From Patescibacteria group bacterium (GTDB lineage: Bacteria > Patescibacteriota > Microgenomatia > UBA1400 > PJMF01): DNA of 45,174 bases. Every line of letters begins with the position of its first letter. Position 1 is the first letter of the stretch. Positions 16,017-26,770 of the stretch are shown here, piece by piece. The position numbers were made by a program, and so were the translations under genes. The stretch is taken from contig DASVCZ010000010.1 of NCBI GenBank assembly GCA_036381335.1, forward strand, positions 1-45,174. Reading direction: 5' to 3'. The notes beneath the pieces were generated by a model, which saw only the letters and a program-made list of their open reading frames with translations, did no database searches and was not told where the DNA came from.

Positions 16017-17234
16017 TTAATAATTCACATGCAGATAGTAGGTGGAGATACCACTATCCTCGGTGTGCTCGACGCGGACGTAGCGGAGGAGGCCGCCGCC
16101 ACAAGGAATAGAACCACGGTAAAGCTTGCCCTTGCGGACCGCTTTGACCGCATAGTTACCCGCCGACTTACTGACCATATCAATGCCAGTGTGGGGGGCG
16201 CCGCCGTAGGCGCGCCTGACCCGCGCATAGTACGTCATGCCGTAGCCCTGAGTGATGCGAGCGGGATCATTGACCGGCCACTGCCAGCCGCCACCAAAGC
16301 CAAACGCTCCATCCGGACTATTGCTCCAAGTGGCATCAATTGATTGTAAATAACTAGCCGGATCTCGATGGACGCCATCTTTAGCCACCTCAAAGTGCAA
16401 GTGGGTGCCGGTAGAACAGGCTGAAGCGCCGGCAATAATCGTCGCAATCCGGTCGCCCTCGTTGACATCGCTAACTTCAGACTCATTACCTCGCCCGGCG
16501 ATAATCGACTGAATAGCTTCCAGCTCCGCCAGGGTTTTAGCTAGCTCCGACTGGTATTTAGCCTCATTATTGCGGGTTTCTGTGAGCAAATACTGCTGCT
16601 CTGCTCGTTGTCTGGTTAAGGTTGTCTGTTGCTGAACCAACTGAGCCTGTTTCGACTCCAACTCAGTTTGCGTTTCTTCCTTGAGCGTTTTCTGCTCGTC
16701 ATAGGTAATTCGCTGCGTTTCTGCCCGTTGCATGGCTTCGGCCGTCTGCTGTTGGGTCAATTGCAGGTATTTGTACTCCGACAAGACCGAATTCAGGCTG
16801 CCTTTAGTCAACAGGACCAGTAAAGGATTGACATAGCTGCGCTTATAGTGCTCGGTCACCCGCTTCACCAACACCCCAGTCAAGCTATCCAACGACAGGT
16901 TAAGCCCATCAATCCGTTCCGATAGGGCCGTGATCTGCTTCTCTAGCTGGCTAATCTCGGTTTCCGTTTGGTCAATCTGTAACTCCTGGACACTAATCTG
17001 GCCGTTTAAGATACTAATCGTATTATTGAGGGTAATCTGAGCGTTCCGAGCCTCTTGAATCTTGCCCTCCCAACACTGTTGTTTCTCTCTGTTACAGTTC
17101 AAATAATCATCCTCAGACATCGAACCCTTATCACAGGAGATTGCGTTACAGTCTTGTGCTGAAACGCTTGAGGTCAAAAGTAAAAAACTGCCAACGAGAA
17201 GACAAATAGTGAACGAGTATAAATATTTTTTCAT
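16017..17234 (-). CDS. M23-family metallopeptidase with an N-terminal coiled coil (EnvC-like)
   Basis: There is a signal peptide, a long Q/E/L-rich coiled coil, and a C-terminal M23 signature STGTHLHFEV. It lies immediately downstream of ftsEX. Confidence 0.8.
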   Translation of the reverse strand: MKKYLYSFTICLLVGSFLLLTSSVSAQDCNAISCDKGSMSEDDYLNCNREKQQCWEGKIQEARNAQITLNNTISILNGQISVQELQIDQTETEISQLEKQITALSERIDGLNLSLDSLTGVLVKRVTEHYKRSYVNPLLVLLTKGSLNSVLSEYKYLQLTQQQTAEAMQRAETQRITYDEQKTLKEETQTELESKQAQLVQQQTTLTRQRAEQQYLLTETRNNEAKYQSELAKTLAELEAIQSIIAGRGNESEVSDVNEGDRIATIIAGASACSTGTHLHFEVAKDGVHRDPASYLQSIDATWSNSPDGAFGFGGGWQWPVNDPARITQGYGMTYYARVRRAYGGAPHTGIDMVSKSAGNYAVKAVRKGKLYRGSIPCGGGLLRYVRVEHTEDSGISTYYLHVNY

Positions 17235-17256
17235 TTAGCGAGGATAAGGTGGTAGA

Positions 17257-18126
17257 TTACCTCTTAATCATCCGCCCGACGGCGACGCTACCGGCAATAG
17301 CCCCTAACATCATACCAACCAGAGTACCGATGCTCAACTGCATGACAAAGAAGACCGGGGGCACGGGCAGGACGTTAATTGGACCTAGGAAGTTGCGTAA
17401 CCAAGGCATAAGGTAAATGAAGCCAATCAGCATACAACTCCAGCCCATAACCGAACCCAATAAGCCATAGAGAATGCCTTCAAATAAGAATGGGCTCTTG
17501 ATGAACCACCGAGTCGCCCCAATCACGTGCATAATCTGGATGGCGTAGCGCTTGGAGACGACCTTCATGCCAATGACGATAATCATGATCAGGAGCGAGG
17601 TAATGGCTAAAATTGTCATGCTCGCCAAGCCTAAGAGGCGAATAGAACGGGTCCAGGTGGAGAGAGAGTCAATAATATCTTGCTGCAAGACGACTTCTTC
17701 GACACTGGTTTCAGTCTCGAGGTTTGATTTAATCTTAGCCAAGTCTTCCACCGACGTCCCCGAGACTTCAATACTGGCTGGCAAAATTTGGGCCGTCACT
17801 AATTCCAGCAGTAACGGGTCATCGGCATTTTCTTGTTGATAAATCTCGAGCGCTTGTTCTTTACTGACTACTTTGACATCGGTCACGTATGATTTGCTGC
17901 GAATAGTCTGCTCCACTTGGGTAATCGTCTGACCAGGCGTATCAATCTCAAAAAAAGCAATCACTTGAGGACGAGTTTCAAAGTACTGAAGCACTTTTTC
18001 ACTTCCCAGAAGGAACATTGAGAAAGTGTAGCCCACAAAAAAAGTCAAACTCAACATTAAAATAGCCGCCAGAGACTGATAGGGAGAACGGCGCATTTGG
18101 ACGAGGGCAGTTGTAAATGAGTTCAT
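17257..18126 (-). CDS. ftsX: Cell-division ABC transporter permease FtsX
   Basis: The topology is TM, a large extracytoplasmic loop, then 3 TM. The start overlaps the ftsE stop by 4 nt. Confidence 0.8.
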   Translation of the reverse strand: MNSFTTALVQMRRSPYQSLAAILMLSLTFFVGYTFSMFLLGSEKVLQYFETRPQVIAFFEIDTPGQTITQVEQTIRSKSYVTDVKVVSKEQALEIYQQENADDPLLLELVTAQILPASIEVSGTSVEDLAKIKSNLETETSVEEVVLQQDIIDSLSTWTRSIRLLGLASMTILAITSLLIMIIVIGMKVVSKRYAIQIMHVIGATRWFIKSPFLFEGILYGLLGSVMGWSCMLIGFIYLMPWLRNFLGPINVLPVPPVFFVMQLSIGTLVGMMLGAIAGSVAVGRMIKR

Positions 18127-19115
18127 AGGTGTTCCACTTCTACAATTACTTCTTCTGGGTCTTCAGATTTTTCATCAGGCTTTTTAGCTGATTCTTGGTC
18201 CGTATCTTTATCAGGGGTCACGGTTTTAAGGCTGCGTTTAAAGAGTTTGCCAAAGTTGGGTAATTTGAACTGGAGTCGAGGGCGGCTTTTTTTCTCGGGA
18301 GCGGAGGGGGTGGTTTCAGATTCATCATCAGACTCTTCTTTTTTATTCTTGGTTTCAGGTGGTTCGTTGGTCGGCTCGTCTGTCGGTTTGGCTGCTTTGG
18401 ACGTCTCTGCTTCTGCTTTTGCTTTGGACTTTTTACCACCACTTTTCTGACCAGAATCTTCTACCAGCTTACCTCGATCGAGGATCATGTTTCGCTCACC
18501 TTTGAGCATCTCTTTGACCATCACGTCGTGGGTAGTTACCAGTAAGGTGGTGCCGAGTTCGTTAATTTTTTGGAGGAGTTGGACAATTGATTTAGAAGTT
18601 TCTTCATCCAGATTTCCCGTCGGTTCGTCCGCGAAAATAACTTTGGGGGCGGTAGACAGGGCGCGAGCTATACTGACGCGTTGGGCTTCACCACCTGAGA
18701 GTTGCTGGGGGAAGAGGAACGCCTTTTCCGAAAGCCCGGTCAGTTCCAGTAAGTCTGCCACTCGTTGTTCGATTTCTTGTTCATCGGTGTGAATGATCGA
18801 TAGGGCGAGGGCGATATTTTCCCAGACAGTCAGCTCAGGTAAGAGCCGATAATCTTGAAAAACGACGCCGATTTTGCGTCTAATTTGATAGGCTTGGGCA
18901 GACTTGACCGCGCTCAAAGGAGTATCATCAATTGTAATTTCACCTGCCGTAGGCAGGTACTCTTTGGTCATTAACTTCATGAGGGTGGTTTTGCCAGAGC
19001 CCGAGCGGCCAGTGACCAGGACTAACTCCCCGGGTTGGATATCAAAAGAGACGTCTTCCAGGGCTGGTTGAGTGTCAGGGCCAAAATGCTTCGAGACAGA
19101 GTTAAAGATAATCAT
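18123..19115 (-). CDS. ftsE: Cell-division ATP-binding protein FtsE with a K/E/S/T/P-rich C-terminal tail of about 105 aa
   Basis: Walker A GRSGSGKTT, signature LSGGEAQRV and Walker B VIFADEPTGNLD are present. The tail is ...GGKKSKAKAEAETSKAAKPTDEPTNEPPETKNKKEESDDE... Confidence 0.88.
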   Translation of the reverse strand: MIIFNSVSKHFGPDTQPALEDVSFDIQPGELVLVTGRSGSGKTTLMKLMTKEYLPTAGEITIDDTPLSAVKSAQAYQIRRKIGVVFQDYRLLPELTVWENIALALSIIHTDEQEIEQRVADLLELTGLSEKAFLFPQQLSGGEAQRVSIARALSTAPKVIFADEPTGNLDEETSKSIVQLLQKINELGTTLLVTTHDVMVKEMLKGERNMILDRGKLVEDSGQKSGGKKSKAKAEAETSKAAKPTDEPTNEPPETKNKKEESDDESETTPSAPEKKSRPRLQFKLPNFGKLFKRSLKTVTPDKDTDQESAKKPDEKSEDPEEVIVEVEHL

Positions 19116-19195
19116 AATCCAGAACTAATTAAAGCATCATTTGCCTAATCACTTCAAGTGGAAAGTAACAGAAAATTGTGTAATTTTTGCTCGCC

Positions 19196-19231
19196 TTTTG
19201 CCACCTTCTTGCCACCATTGTTGCTTATACT
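19196..19231 (+). promoter_or_regulatory. Conserved 20-mer plus -10-like TATACT (copy 3 of 5), upstream of the KilA-N gene
   Basis: TTTTGCCACCTTCTTGCCAC is at 19196-19215 and TATACT at 19226-19231. The ATG is at 19259, preceded by GAAAGG. Confidence 0.6.
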
Positions 19232-19258
19232 CGATGAAAGTAGAACAGAAAGGTATAT

Positions 19259-20101
19259 ATGACCCCTATAAGCACTTTGTCTATAAAGGTAAACAATAGT
19301 ACTATCAACGTTACAAAAGTTAGTGGTGAAGATTACATTTGTCTCACTGATATGGCAAAAAGTGTGGGATCAGAACGAGCTCTTCATAGCTGGTTGCGTA
19401 CTAAAAATACAATAGAATTTCTTGGTTTCTGGGAACAAATGTTTAATTCTGATTTTAATCTACACAAATTCGTGTACTTTAAAAACCAAGCAGGGTCAAA
19501 CAGCTTTAATCCCTCGATTACAGAATGGATAAAAACCACAAATGCTAAAGGTATTATTACAAAACGAGGCCGTTATGGAGGTACTTACGCCCATAAAGAT
19601 ATTGCTTTTGAATTTGGTACTTGGCTAAGTCCAGAATTTAAACTACTTGTTATTGCTGAATTCCAGAAATTAAAAGCTCAGGAACAACATCAGATTAAGT
19701 GGGATTCACGTCGATATCTTTCCCGAGTAAACTATCGACTTCATACAGATTCTATTAAAAATGATTTACTCCCAGCGCTTAACCTGGAAAAATCCAAACA
19801 GCCATATGTGTATATAGACGAAGCTGACATGTTAAATATGATTGTCTTTGGTCAGACTGCTGCAGAATGGAGAAAGGCAAATCTAGAGTTAACAAAAAAT
19901 AATCGAAATCAACGAGATTACGCCTCAATAGAGCAGTTAGTGTTATTGGCAAATCTTGAAAACTTAAATGCGCATTTTATCTCTGAGGGCAAAACACAAC
20001 AGGAAAGAATTAAATTACTGATTAAATCAGTAAAAAGGCAATATCAAACTTTAATCAAACAAGAGGAAAAGCAGGGAAAGTTAGAATATAGCACGGAGTA
20101 G
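19259..20101 (+). CDS. KilA-N domain-containing protein (phage/mobile-element-type DNA-binding protein)
   Basis: GTYAHKDIAFEFGTWLSPEFKLLV is the hallmark KilA-N segment. The composition is AT-rich, and this is the only plus-strand gene in a long minus-strand run. Confidence 0.7.
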   Translation: MTPISTLSIKVNNSTINVTKVSGEDYICLTDMAKSVGSERALHSWLRTKNTIEFLGFWEQMFNSDFNLHKFVYFKNQAGSNSFNPSITEWIKTTNAKGIITKRGRYGGTYAHKDIAFEFGTWLSPEFKLLVIAEFQKLKAQEQHQIKWDSRRYLSRVNYRLHTDSIKNDLLPALNLEKSKQPYVYIDEADMLNMIVFGQTAAEWRKANLELTKNNRNQRDYASIEQLVLLANLENLNAHFISEGKTQQERIKLLIKSVKRQYQTLIKQEEKQGKLEYSTE

Positions 20102-20110
20102 CCTCTAATA

Positions 20111-20749
20111 TTACTCCTCGACAGGTTTTTCACCAGTAGGATTGACGATTTCGACACGGCCCACGTCCATCAGCCAGCCTGCAGTTTGGGCTTTGAAGGT
20201 TTCACCCCAGACTTTGACTTCCATGCCATCAAATTTATCGAGGTCAGTTACAGATGAAGTGAGATAGACGGTTTGGCTGTCACCACCTGGGCGGAGCAGT
20301 TTGTGGGAGCCTTCACCATCAATGCCCCCTATTTCAAGATAACCTTGAGCGCTATCTTTAAAGGTTTCTTTATCGGGTACTCCAAAGACGTCACCAGCCT
20401 TGACGGCACCTTCAGCCACTTGCTGAATAGGAGCATTACTGCCGGGTAGTGCCAAAGAGCTGGCATTGCCTTGTAACCGGAAAGCGCCATAGCCCGTGCC
20501 AATCCCGGCCACAATAGCAATTGCGCTTAAAATCAGAGTCAGTTTAAGAGTTGAACTTTTCATAGGTTTTGCTGACGGTGTGGTGTCAAACGAATGTAAG
20601 ACGTGGCTTTGAGCCGTCGAAATAGAGTTTTCATTTTCGGGCAGAGCTGGTGAATTGTCAACGGTGGGTTGCGTATCATTCATTTGCATAGTCTTTATAG
20701 TACCTTGATTGAGAAGTAGGATCAATCTGCAGTTCTGTTGGTAGTCCAA
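20111..20749 (-). CDS. Membrane-anchored hypothetical protein
   Basis: A single TM (LKLTLILSAIAIVAGIGTGYGAF) is followed by a soluble domain. The track start is a TTG; ATG 20686 (MQMNDTQ...) is an alternative start. Confidence 0.5.
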   Translation of the reverse strand: MDYQQNCRLILLLNQGTIKTMQMNDTQPTVDNSPALPENENSISTAQSHVLHSFDTTPSAKPMKSSTLKLTLILSAIAIVAGIGTGYGAFRLQGNASSLALPGSNAPIQQVAEGAVKAGDVFGVPDKETFKDSAQGYLEIGGIDGEGSHKLLRPGGDSQTVYLTSSVTDLDKFDGMEVKVWGETFKAQTAGWLMDVGRVEIVNPTGEKPVEE

Positions 20750-20762
20750 CCTGCTGAAATGA

Positions 20763-21863
20763 TTACTTTCCTAATTTAATTTCTTCCAAAATAAACTGGT
20801 CTAAGTCCCCATCCAAGACGCCATCAGTATCGCTGGTTTCGACACCGGTGCGAGTATCTTTAACTAGATGATAAGGATGGAGGACGTAATTGCGAATTTG
20901 GTTACCCCAGGAAGCATGGTGGTGTTCACCTTTGACGGCCGCAATTTCTTGAGCCCGTTTTTCTTCTTCGATCAGAGCCAGCTTGGCTTTTAAGATTTTG
21001 AGCGCTCGGTCTTTATTGGCCACTTGGGTGCGTTCTTCGCGACACTTGACTACGATGCCAGTCGGCAAGTGAGTTAACTCAACCGCGGTGTTGACCTTAT
21101 TGACGTTTTGACCGCCGGCACCCCCCGCCCGGGAAAATTGCCACTCCAACTCGTGATCCTTAATCTCGATGTCGGTGTCGGCTTCGTCGATCAGCGGCAG
21201 CACCTCCACTAGCGCGAACGACGTCTGACGTAAGTTATCGGCGTTGAAGGGACTTTGCCGGACCAAGCGGTGGGTGCCGGCCTCACCTTTGAGATAGCCA
21301 TAGGCATAGGGCGCTTCAATTTCGTAACTGGCTTCTTTAATACCGGCTTCTTCTCCCCGCGATTCGCTGACCAACCGATACTTCCAGTCTTGTCGCTCAA
21401 AGTAGCGACTATACATGCGGGACAACATTTCTGACCAATCCATGGCTTCGGTGCCCCCTTGACCGGAGTGGATCGAGAGGAGGGCGCCTTTACTATCGTA
21501 CTTGCCACTCAAAAATTGATTCAGTTCGAGTTTATCTAAGGCTCGTTCAAACTTTTTAATCAGGGGGGCCGTTTCTTTTTCCAGCTCGTTTTCTTGTTCA
21601 CTCTCTTCAGTCGCTAATTCGAGGAAGGCCTCCAAGTCGGCTTTGAGCGTTTCAATTTCTTCGATCTGATCCACTTTCCCCTTCAGAATCGACAACTGTT
21701 GCATGATGGTCTGGGCATCCGCTCGCTGCCAAAAATCAGCCGAGAACGTTTGTTGCTCGATATCGTCAGCTTCTGCTTTCAAAATATGCTTATTGGTTGA
21801 GCTGAGGAGGTTGGTGGCGCGGTCTATCAGTCCCGTAATCAGCTCGTGAGTGGCTTGTTGCAT
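20763..21863 (-). CDS. prfB: Peptide chain release factor 2 (uninterrupted ORF, no programmed frameshift)
   Basis: The SPF tripeptide (RQSPFNADN) and the GGQ motif ([11 protein letters not shown]) are present. At 366 aa it is full length. Confidence 0.9.
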   Translation of the reverse strand: MQQATHELITGLIDRATNLLSSTNKHILKAEADDIEQQTFSADFWQRADAQTIMQQLSILKGKVDQIEEIETLKADLEAFLELATEESEQENELEKETAPLIKKFERALDKLELNQFLSGKYDSKGALLSIHSGQGGTEAMDWSEMLSRMYSRYFERQDWKYRLVSESRGEEAGIKEASYEIEAPYAYGYLKGEAGTHRLVRQSPFNADNLRQTSFALVEVLPLIDEADTDIEIKDHELEWQFSRAGGAGGQNVNKVNTAVELTHLPTGIVVKCREERTQVANKDRALKILKAKLALIEEEKRAQEIAAVKGEHHHASWGNQIRNYVLHPYHLVKDTRTGVETSDTDGVLDGDLDQFILEEIKLGK

Positions 21864-21870
21864 GAGGCTA

Positions 21871-23457
21871 TTATATATCCTTTTCTAAGATGAAACTTTC
21901 TGTGCCTTCCTCTGTGATGATAGTGTACGGTGTGGGTGGGAGGCCAGGTTGTTTGAGAATCTGCAGGGGAAAATCAGTAGCGGGTTGGTTGGTGGTGTCA
22001 ATTACAATGGTAATTCCCGTAGAGGAGTTGGTTGGCACGGTAACTAAGAACCCAATTTGTCTAAATTCATGACCGTGACTATTGGTGATAACTTCTTCGT
22101 CCCAAGTTTCCAAACGTTGGCCATTGACTTCGATAGACTCAATTGACCAGAGTGGGTTGATAATCAATCGCTGATAATTAATGTACGGCAAGTCAGTGGC
22201 ATTTATTTTTACGTGCATGTCAACTTTAAAAGGTGCTATGTTAAGCTCCACACTGCGTTGTATATCTTTATTAGCTTTATTGATGCCGACGTTGGACTCT
22301 ACTAAGTACATCATTCCTGGTGACGAGGTCAAGCTGCCGGCCACAGCATACTTTTCATAGATTTGTTGGACGTCAGTTTGAGTACTATAAAGCTGAATAG
22401 TTTTATCTATAAATGAATCGCGGAGGATCATCGCCAGTTGCAGTTGCTGCTCTTGATTTAGCTGCGTTAATTTAAACTTAAGGACATTAAAAAAATGCTC
22501 CAGAAAATTAGTTTTTTGTTGGCTGCCAGGGAAAAATTGGTCGCGGTCGGCGCGCGCCAGCGCGGTAAAGTTAGCACTGGTGACAGTCATCCCGTAGTCA
22601 GGTAAATAGATATCACCGGTGACTGTTAAAAGTTTTTCTACCAAATCGGAATTGATGGCTATTACTCCATCAATCGACTGCTCATTACCCAAGGCAAAGT
22701 AATTTAGTATCGTTTGGGCGGCGCTGGGAAAATCCACTTGCCAGTTAGCATCAGGGAGGCGCATGCCTTTGCCACTACTTAAGTACTCACGCACACCAGC
22801 GGGAGGTTCCACATACCCAGTAAATTGACCATCGGGTTCATAAATATCTTCAATTAATAAGTGAGAAATATTTCCATTAGCAAATTGGACTTTGGCATAG
22901 GAACCCATAAAGCCGCCAGTAGCCCGCAGTTCTTCAGTGTTTTGAAATAAGACAATGACCGTCGGATCCTCCTCAGTTAGCCAATTGCCAACTACCAGCC
23001 AATCATCGACAAATTGGTCAGCCGCAGTGAGCTGATGGCACTCAATTATCACCTTGGCAATCAAACTTCTTTGACAGTCTGTTTCCATCTGGGTCAATCG
23101 ATCTGAAACCTGAGTCAGTTGGGTGACTAATGGTTTTAAGGGGAGGGTAGTTAAGGGATCAACATTCTCCGCTGAAAAGCTGTCTAAAGTGGTTACTATC
23201 TGTTCGCTTTCGCTAATCAAAGTCAGCGCTTGGCGCCAAATCTCGATGTCGGGAAGTAACCGCAGTGTCATTAAAGATAAGGGGCGGACTACCATTAGAG
23301 CTTGGTCGGCTTTATCAGAGGCCTCAGCCAACTGGAAAGACTTAGCCTGATTTAGTGACTGGTGTGTCCAGATACCAGCTAGGGTGGCTGAAAATAATAA
23401 AAGTAGACCGCTCCCAACCAAGATTGCCAGCAGCACTTTCTGAGATTTCATTGGCAT
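21871..23457 (-). CDS. DUF4012-like membrane-anchored protein
   Basis: There is an N-terminal TM. The segment [18 protein letters not shown] resembles the conserved core of DUF4012 proteins. Confidence 0.5.
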   Translation of the reverse strand: MPMKSQKVLLAILVGSGLLLLFSATLAGIWTHQSLNQAKSFQLAEASDKADQALMVVRPLSLMTLRLLPDIEIWRQALTLISESEQIVTTLDSFSAENVDPLTTLPLKPLVTQLTQVSDRLTQMETDCQRSLIAKVIIECHQLTAADQFVDDWLVVGNWLTEEDPTVIVLFQNTEELRATGGFMGSYAKVQFANGNISHLLIEDIYEPDGQFTGYVEPPAGVREYLSSGKGMRLPDANWQVDFPSAAQTILNYFALGNEQSIDGVIAINSDLVEKLLTVTGDIYLPDYGMTVTSANFTALARADRDQFFPGSQQKTNFLEHFFNVLKFKLTQLNQEQQLQLAMILRDSFIDKTIQLYSTQTDVQQIYEKYAVAGSLTSSPGMMYLVESNVGINKANKDIQRSVELNIAPFKVDMHVKINATDLPYINYQRLIINPLWSIESIEVNGQRLETWDEEVITNSHGHEFRQIGFLVTVPTNSSTGITIVIDTTNQPATDFPLQILKQPGLPPTPYTIITEEGTESFILEKDI

Positions 23458-23464
23458 GCTTCTA

Positions 23465-25105
23465 TCATAACAGGGAATATAGACACTTATCTTGAAGACA
23501 CTCTATTTCTTCCACCTTTAACTGACGAAGTGAATCGCGGATGGCAGTGGGCTGGAGAGTCGGCACTTCAGCATACGTGTATTTCTGATCGCTCATTTCC
23601 TCATACACATCATAGTGAACGATCATTACTTCCACGCCTTCATTTTTCAAATGATCAATCGTTTCTGGTGACGGAAACTCTCGCCATAACCACTCCCATC
23701 GTTCTTCTCGGATAGGAGGAGTGAAACCACTAACGCCGTTATAAAGAACCTTCTGGTGATACGCTTGATACAACAATCGGTCATTTTCTAAATAATTGTA
23801 GGGTTGCATCCGCCACGATAGGACTGGGAATTCGGCCGCCACTCTCTCGGGGCGATTTTTTAACACCTGATAGATAGTCGGTGGCTCTAACGGAATGGGG
23901 TAGACTTTTATGGTGTGGTAGTTCCCGAACCAGAAGAAAGTAGTTAGTCCCAAAAAAATGAGAGCTAGGGCTTGATGACGGTATTTACTGATTGTTGGTA
24001 ATTGATACTCAGCCACTGCCCAGCCGACCCATAAAGAGAGTCCAAAATTAAAAACGGTGATCCAACGCGAGGTAGCTCGAAAAGCTTTGAAACCAGGAAT
24101 CACATAATAAAGCACGGCGTAAGGTAAAGGCATCGGCCAGCCAAAAATTTTAAATGTCTGATCATTTACTTTTAAAGCTGGACCTAACATCAAAACGGCT
24201 CCGGTTGCCACCGCTAACAGGGGAAATATCAACAGGTGTTTTTTTTCTAAGGGAGTATTTCCTCGGAAAAATAATATTCCACTGACTGCGCCATAAAGCA
24301 GCCACAATTCAGGTTCAATCATTCTGTTAAGTGAATGGGCAAAGTGAGCCGCGTCCCTAATGGAACGGGTGTACTTAAATTCTTGCGAGACTTGAAAGTA
24401 CGGCCAGTACACTAAGCCGATGGTCAGAAGTGTCAGCACCCCATACATGGCAACTAACAACCAGTTGCGCCGAATCATTTGTCTCAAAGTTTTATCAGCA
24501 ATCAACAGGCAAATAATCAGTGAAACCATGAAAAAAAACGTCATCGGAGCATTAATGGCTTGGAGGATAAAAACTATCGTACTCAAAAATAAAAAGACAC
24601 TTTTTTTACTCTCGGCCCATCTTAGCAAAAAATAAAGTGTCAGCGGCAATCCAGCTACTAGGTAGGTGTGCAAGTGGACCAAGTAATGAAGATGCATCGA
24701 CGAAAAGGTGAAAATTAAAGCTGAAAAAGCAGCCGCCCACCGGGATGTAAAGAGCTGACGGCCAAGTAACCACATGCTTATGAAGGTCAAGATGGTACCC
24801 AGTAGTAAGTGAACATTATGCATGAGCACTATATTGTCGGTTACCCACGTGAGAGGAATGTTCATCAGTCCACTGGTTAAAAATGGATCGGAGTAGGCGA
24901 GGGTGTTTTTAAAAGGATAAAAAGTTGGGACCTGAAAGAGGTCTGCTCCAGTTTGCAGGCTGTGACTAACGTGGTTGATTGTCCACGCAATAAAAATTCC
25001 ATCTTCACGAGACGTTAAATGAGTCCCCATGGTTGAAAGAATCGGATACAAAAAAAGAATGGTCAAGATAAGTGAAATCCCAACTGAATTGAGAAAAGAT
25101 TTCAT
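23465..25105 (-). CDS. Polytopic membrane protein, GT-C/PMT-like putative glycosyltransferase
   Basis: The 546-aa protein has about 12 TM segments followed by a soluble C-terminal domain. The assignment rests on architecture only. Confidence 0.4.
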   Translation of the reverse strand: MKSFLNSVGISLILTILFLYPILSTMGTHLTSREDGIFIAWTINHVSHSLQTGADLFQVPTFYPFKNTLAYSDPFLTSGLMNIPLTWVTDNIVLMHNVHLLLGTILTFISMWLLGRQLFTSRWAAAFSALIFTFSSMHLHYLVHLHTYLVAGLPLTLYFLLRWAESKKSVFLFLSTIVFILQAINAPMTFFFMVSLIICLLIADKTLRQMIRRNWLLVAMYGVLTLLTIGLVYWPYFQVSQEFKYTRSIRDAAHFAHSLNRMIEPELWLLYGAVSGILFFRGNTPLEKKHLLIFPLLAVATGAVLMLGPALKVNDQTFKIFGWPMPLPYAVLYYVIPGFKAFRATSRWITVFNFGLSLWVGWAVAEYQLPTISKYRHQALALIFLGLTTFFWFGNYHTIKVYPIPLEPPTIYQVLKNRPERVAAEFPVLSWRMQPYNYLENDRLLYQAYHQKVLYNGVSGFTPPIREERWEWLWREFPSPETIDHLKNEGVEVMIVHYDVYEEMSDQKYTYAEVPTLQPTAIRDSLRQLKVEEIECLQDKCLYSLL

Positions 25106-25119
25106 GCTGTGGAGGCAGA

Positions 25120-25800
25120 TTACTCGATGACTTCGATGCCAACAATGGTGTCACCAACCTCGATTTGCTTGGCTACATCCATACCTTCTATGACTTGACC
25201 AAAGTTGGTGTACTGGCCTGTTAACCAGGCACAGTCGGTGGTGCAGATAAAAAATTGCGCATCGTTGCTGACTCGAATATCACCACCGCGGGCTACACCC
25301 AAGCTGCCTTCGGCAAAAGGAACCTCGTTTAACTCGGTGGGCATTTTGCCGCCACCGGTGCCATTACCGAGCGGATCACCACCTTGGATAACCCAGTCTT
25401 CTACGCGGTGAAACGTTAAGCCATCATAAAAACCAGCAGCAGATTTAGTGGCAAAGTTAGAGACAGTATTAGGGGCCTGATCAGGATAGAGTTTTAAAGT
25501 GATATTCCCTTTACTGGTTTTGATGACTGCTTTAGTGGCAGTTATCTGAGGACTAGTTGTTTCTTGAACGGAAATTTGATCATTCATAGTAGGTTCTCCT
25601 GGTGGGGTTAATTGTTGATTGGGATCGAGGTGATCTTGACTATATTCTTCAGCTAATTTTAAGTCATCGGTGACGTTACTTTGTGATTCTGTTTCTAGTG
25701 GAACCTGAGGATTGCCGCTAGGATTAGGAGCCACACACGCGCTGAAACTAAAGGCAAACAGGCTAAGAATGACGATGAGAGTCATGTTTTTACTAAGCAT
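25120..25800 (-). CDS. Cyclophilin-type peptidyl-prolyl cis-trans isomerase, lipoprotein-like
   Basis: There is a lipobox-like FSFSAC. The cyclophilin core is LYPDQAPNTVSNFATKSAAGFYDGLTFHRVEDWVIQGGDPLGNGTGG. Confidence 0.88.
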   Translation of the reverse strand: MLSKNMTLIVILSLFAFSFSACVAPNPSGNPQVPLETESQSNVTDDLKLAEEYSQDHLDPNQQLTPPGEPTMNDQISVQETTSPQITATKAVIKTSKGNITLKLYPDQAPNTVSNFATKSAAGFYDGLTFHRVEDWVIQGGDPLGNGTGGGKMPTELNEVPFAEGSLGVARGGDIRVSNDAQFFICTTDCAWLTGQYTNFGQVIEGMDVAKQIEVGDTIVGIEVIE

Positions 25801-25904
25801 AGTGGGAAGTAGTATAGTCGAATTCTCAGTCGGAGACTAGGGGAGTTTAACTGCCATTTCAAACTAGCAAAATCATCCCCCAAATGGCAAAATAGGGACA
25901 CTTT

Positions 25905-26747
25905 ATGAAGCAGTATATTTCCATTGATGTGGGCGGTACCAACATCCGGATTGGTTTGCTGGCGGCTGATCATCAAAGGTGCCAGCTGGAGAAGGTACTC
26001 TCTTTTCCTCTAATCCCAGATTTCAATCAAGCTAAAAAGGTGATAGCGGAAAAAATAAAAACGCTGTCGGCAGAGGTGTCTATTGAAGGGGTCAGTTTGG
26101 CGTTACCGGGACCCGTTACCTCAGAGATGCTGTTGGCTGCTGGCAACTTGCAAAGCTGGGAAAAACGACCAATTAGGAGTGAGTTAGAAGCATTGCTCTC
26201 TTTACCTGTCGCACTCGTCCACGATGGGAGTGCATCAGCATTGGGCGAAGCATTTTATGGTGGGGGTCAAGAGTTAGACACTTTTATCTACTTCACCTGG
26301 GGAACTGGATTTGGGGGCGCCCAACTCGTAAAATCACCTTCGATTTCTTTAACCTACCTAGAGCCTGCTCATCAAATTAAAGAGTGGCAGGGCAAAGAAT
26401 GTACCTGTGGCCAGCGAGGGTGTTTTGAAGCATATATGGGTGGTTGGGCCTTAAATGAGAAATACGATTTGGCTCAAATTGCAGATACTCATTCCATATG
26501 GGAGGATGTGACCCAGATCACTGCCCAGATGTTAATAAATACTCTTATGTTTTACCCCACAGAACACTTTATTTTTGGTGGCGGACTGATTGCTAAACGG
26601 TGGTTTTTACTGCCTAAAATCAGACAAGTGGTCCAAGATAACTTGACCTATTGTCCGGTGCCCACTTTTTCACAAGCAAAGTTGGGAGAATATTCGGCTC
26701 TATACGGTGGGGTAGCCCTCTTCGAACAGCCAATTGTGTTACCCTAA
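25905..26747 (+). CDS. ROK-family sugar kinase/regulator-like protein
   Basis: The N-terminal ISIDVGGTNIRIG (ATP-binding motif) and the Cys cluster CTCGQRGCFEAY are typical of the ROK family. Confidence 0.8.
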   Translation: MKQYISIDVGGTNIRIGLLAADHQRCQLEKVLSFPLIPDFNQAKKVIAEKIKTLSAEVSIEGVSLALPGPVTSEMLLAAGNLQSWEKRPIRSELEALLSLPVALVHDGSASALGEAFYGGGQELDTFIYFTWGTGFGGAQLVKSPSISLTYLEPAHQIKEWQGKECTCGQRGCFEAYMGGWALNEKYDLAQIADTHSIWEDVTQITAQMLINTLMFYPTEHFIFGGGLIAKRWFLLPKIRQVVQDNLTYCPVPTFSQAKLGEYSALYGGVALFEQPIVLP

Positions 26748-26770
26748 CGCCAAGTTTTTTTGAAGCAACA

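Noticed and set aside
20763-21863. I checked for a programmed +1 frameshift in prfB.
   Set aside because: The ORF is uninterrupted over its full length, and many bacteria lack the frameshift. It is noted only as support for a standard genetic code with UGA as a stop.
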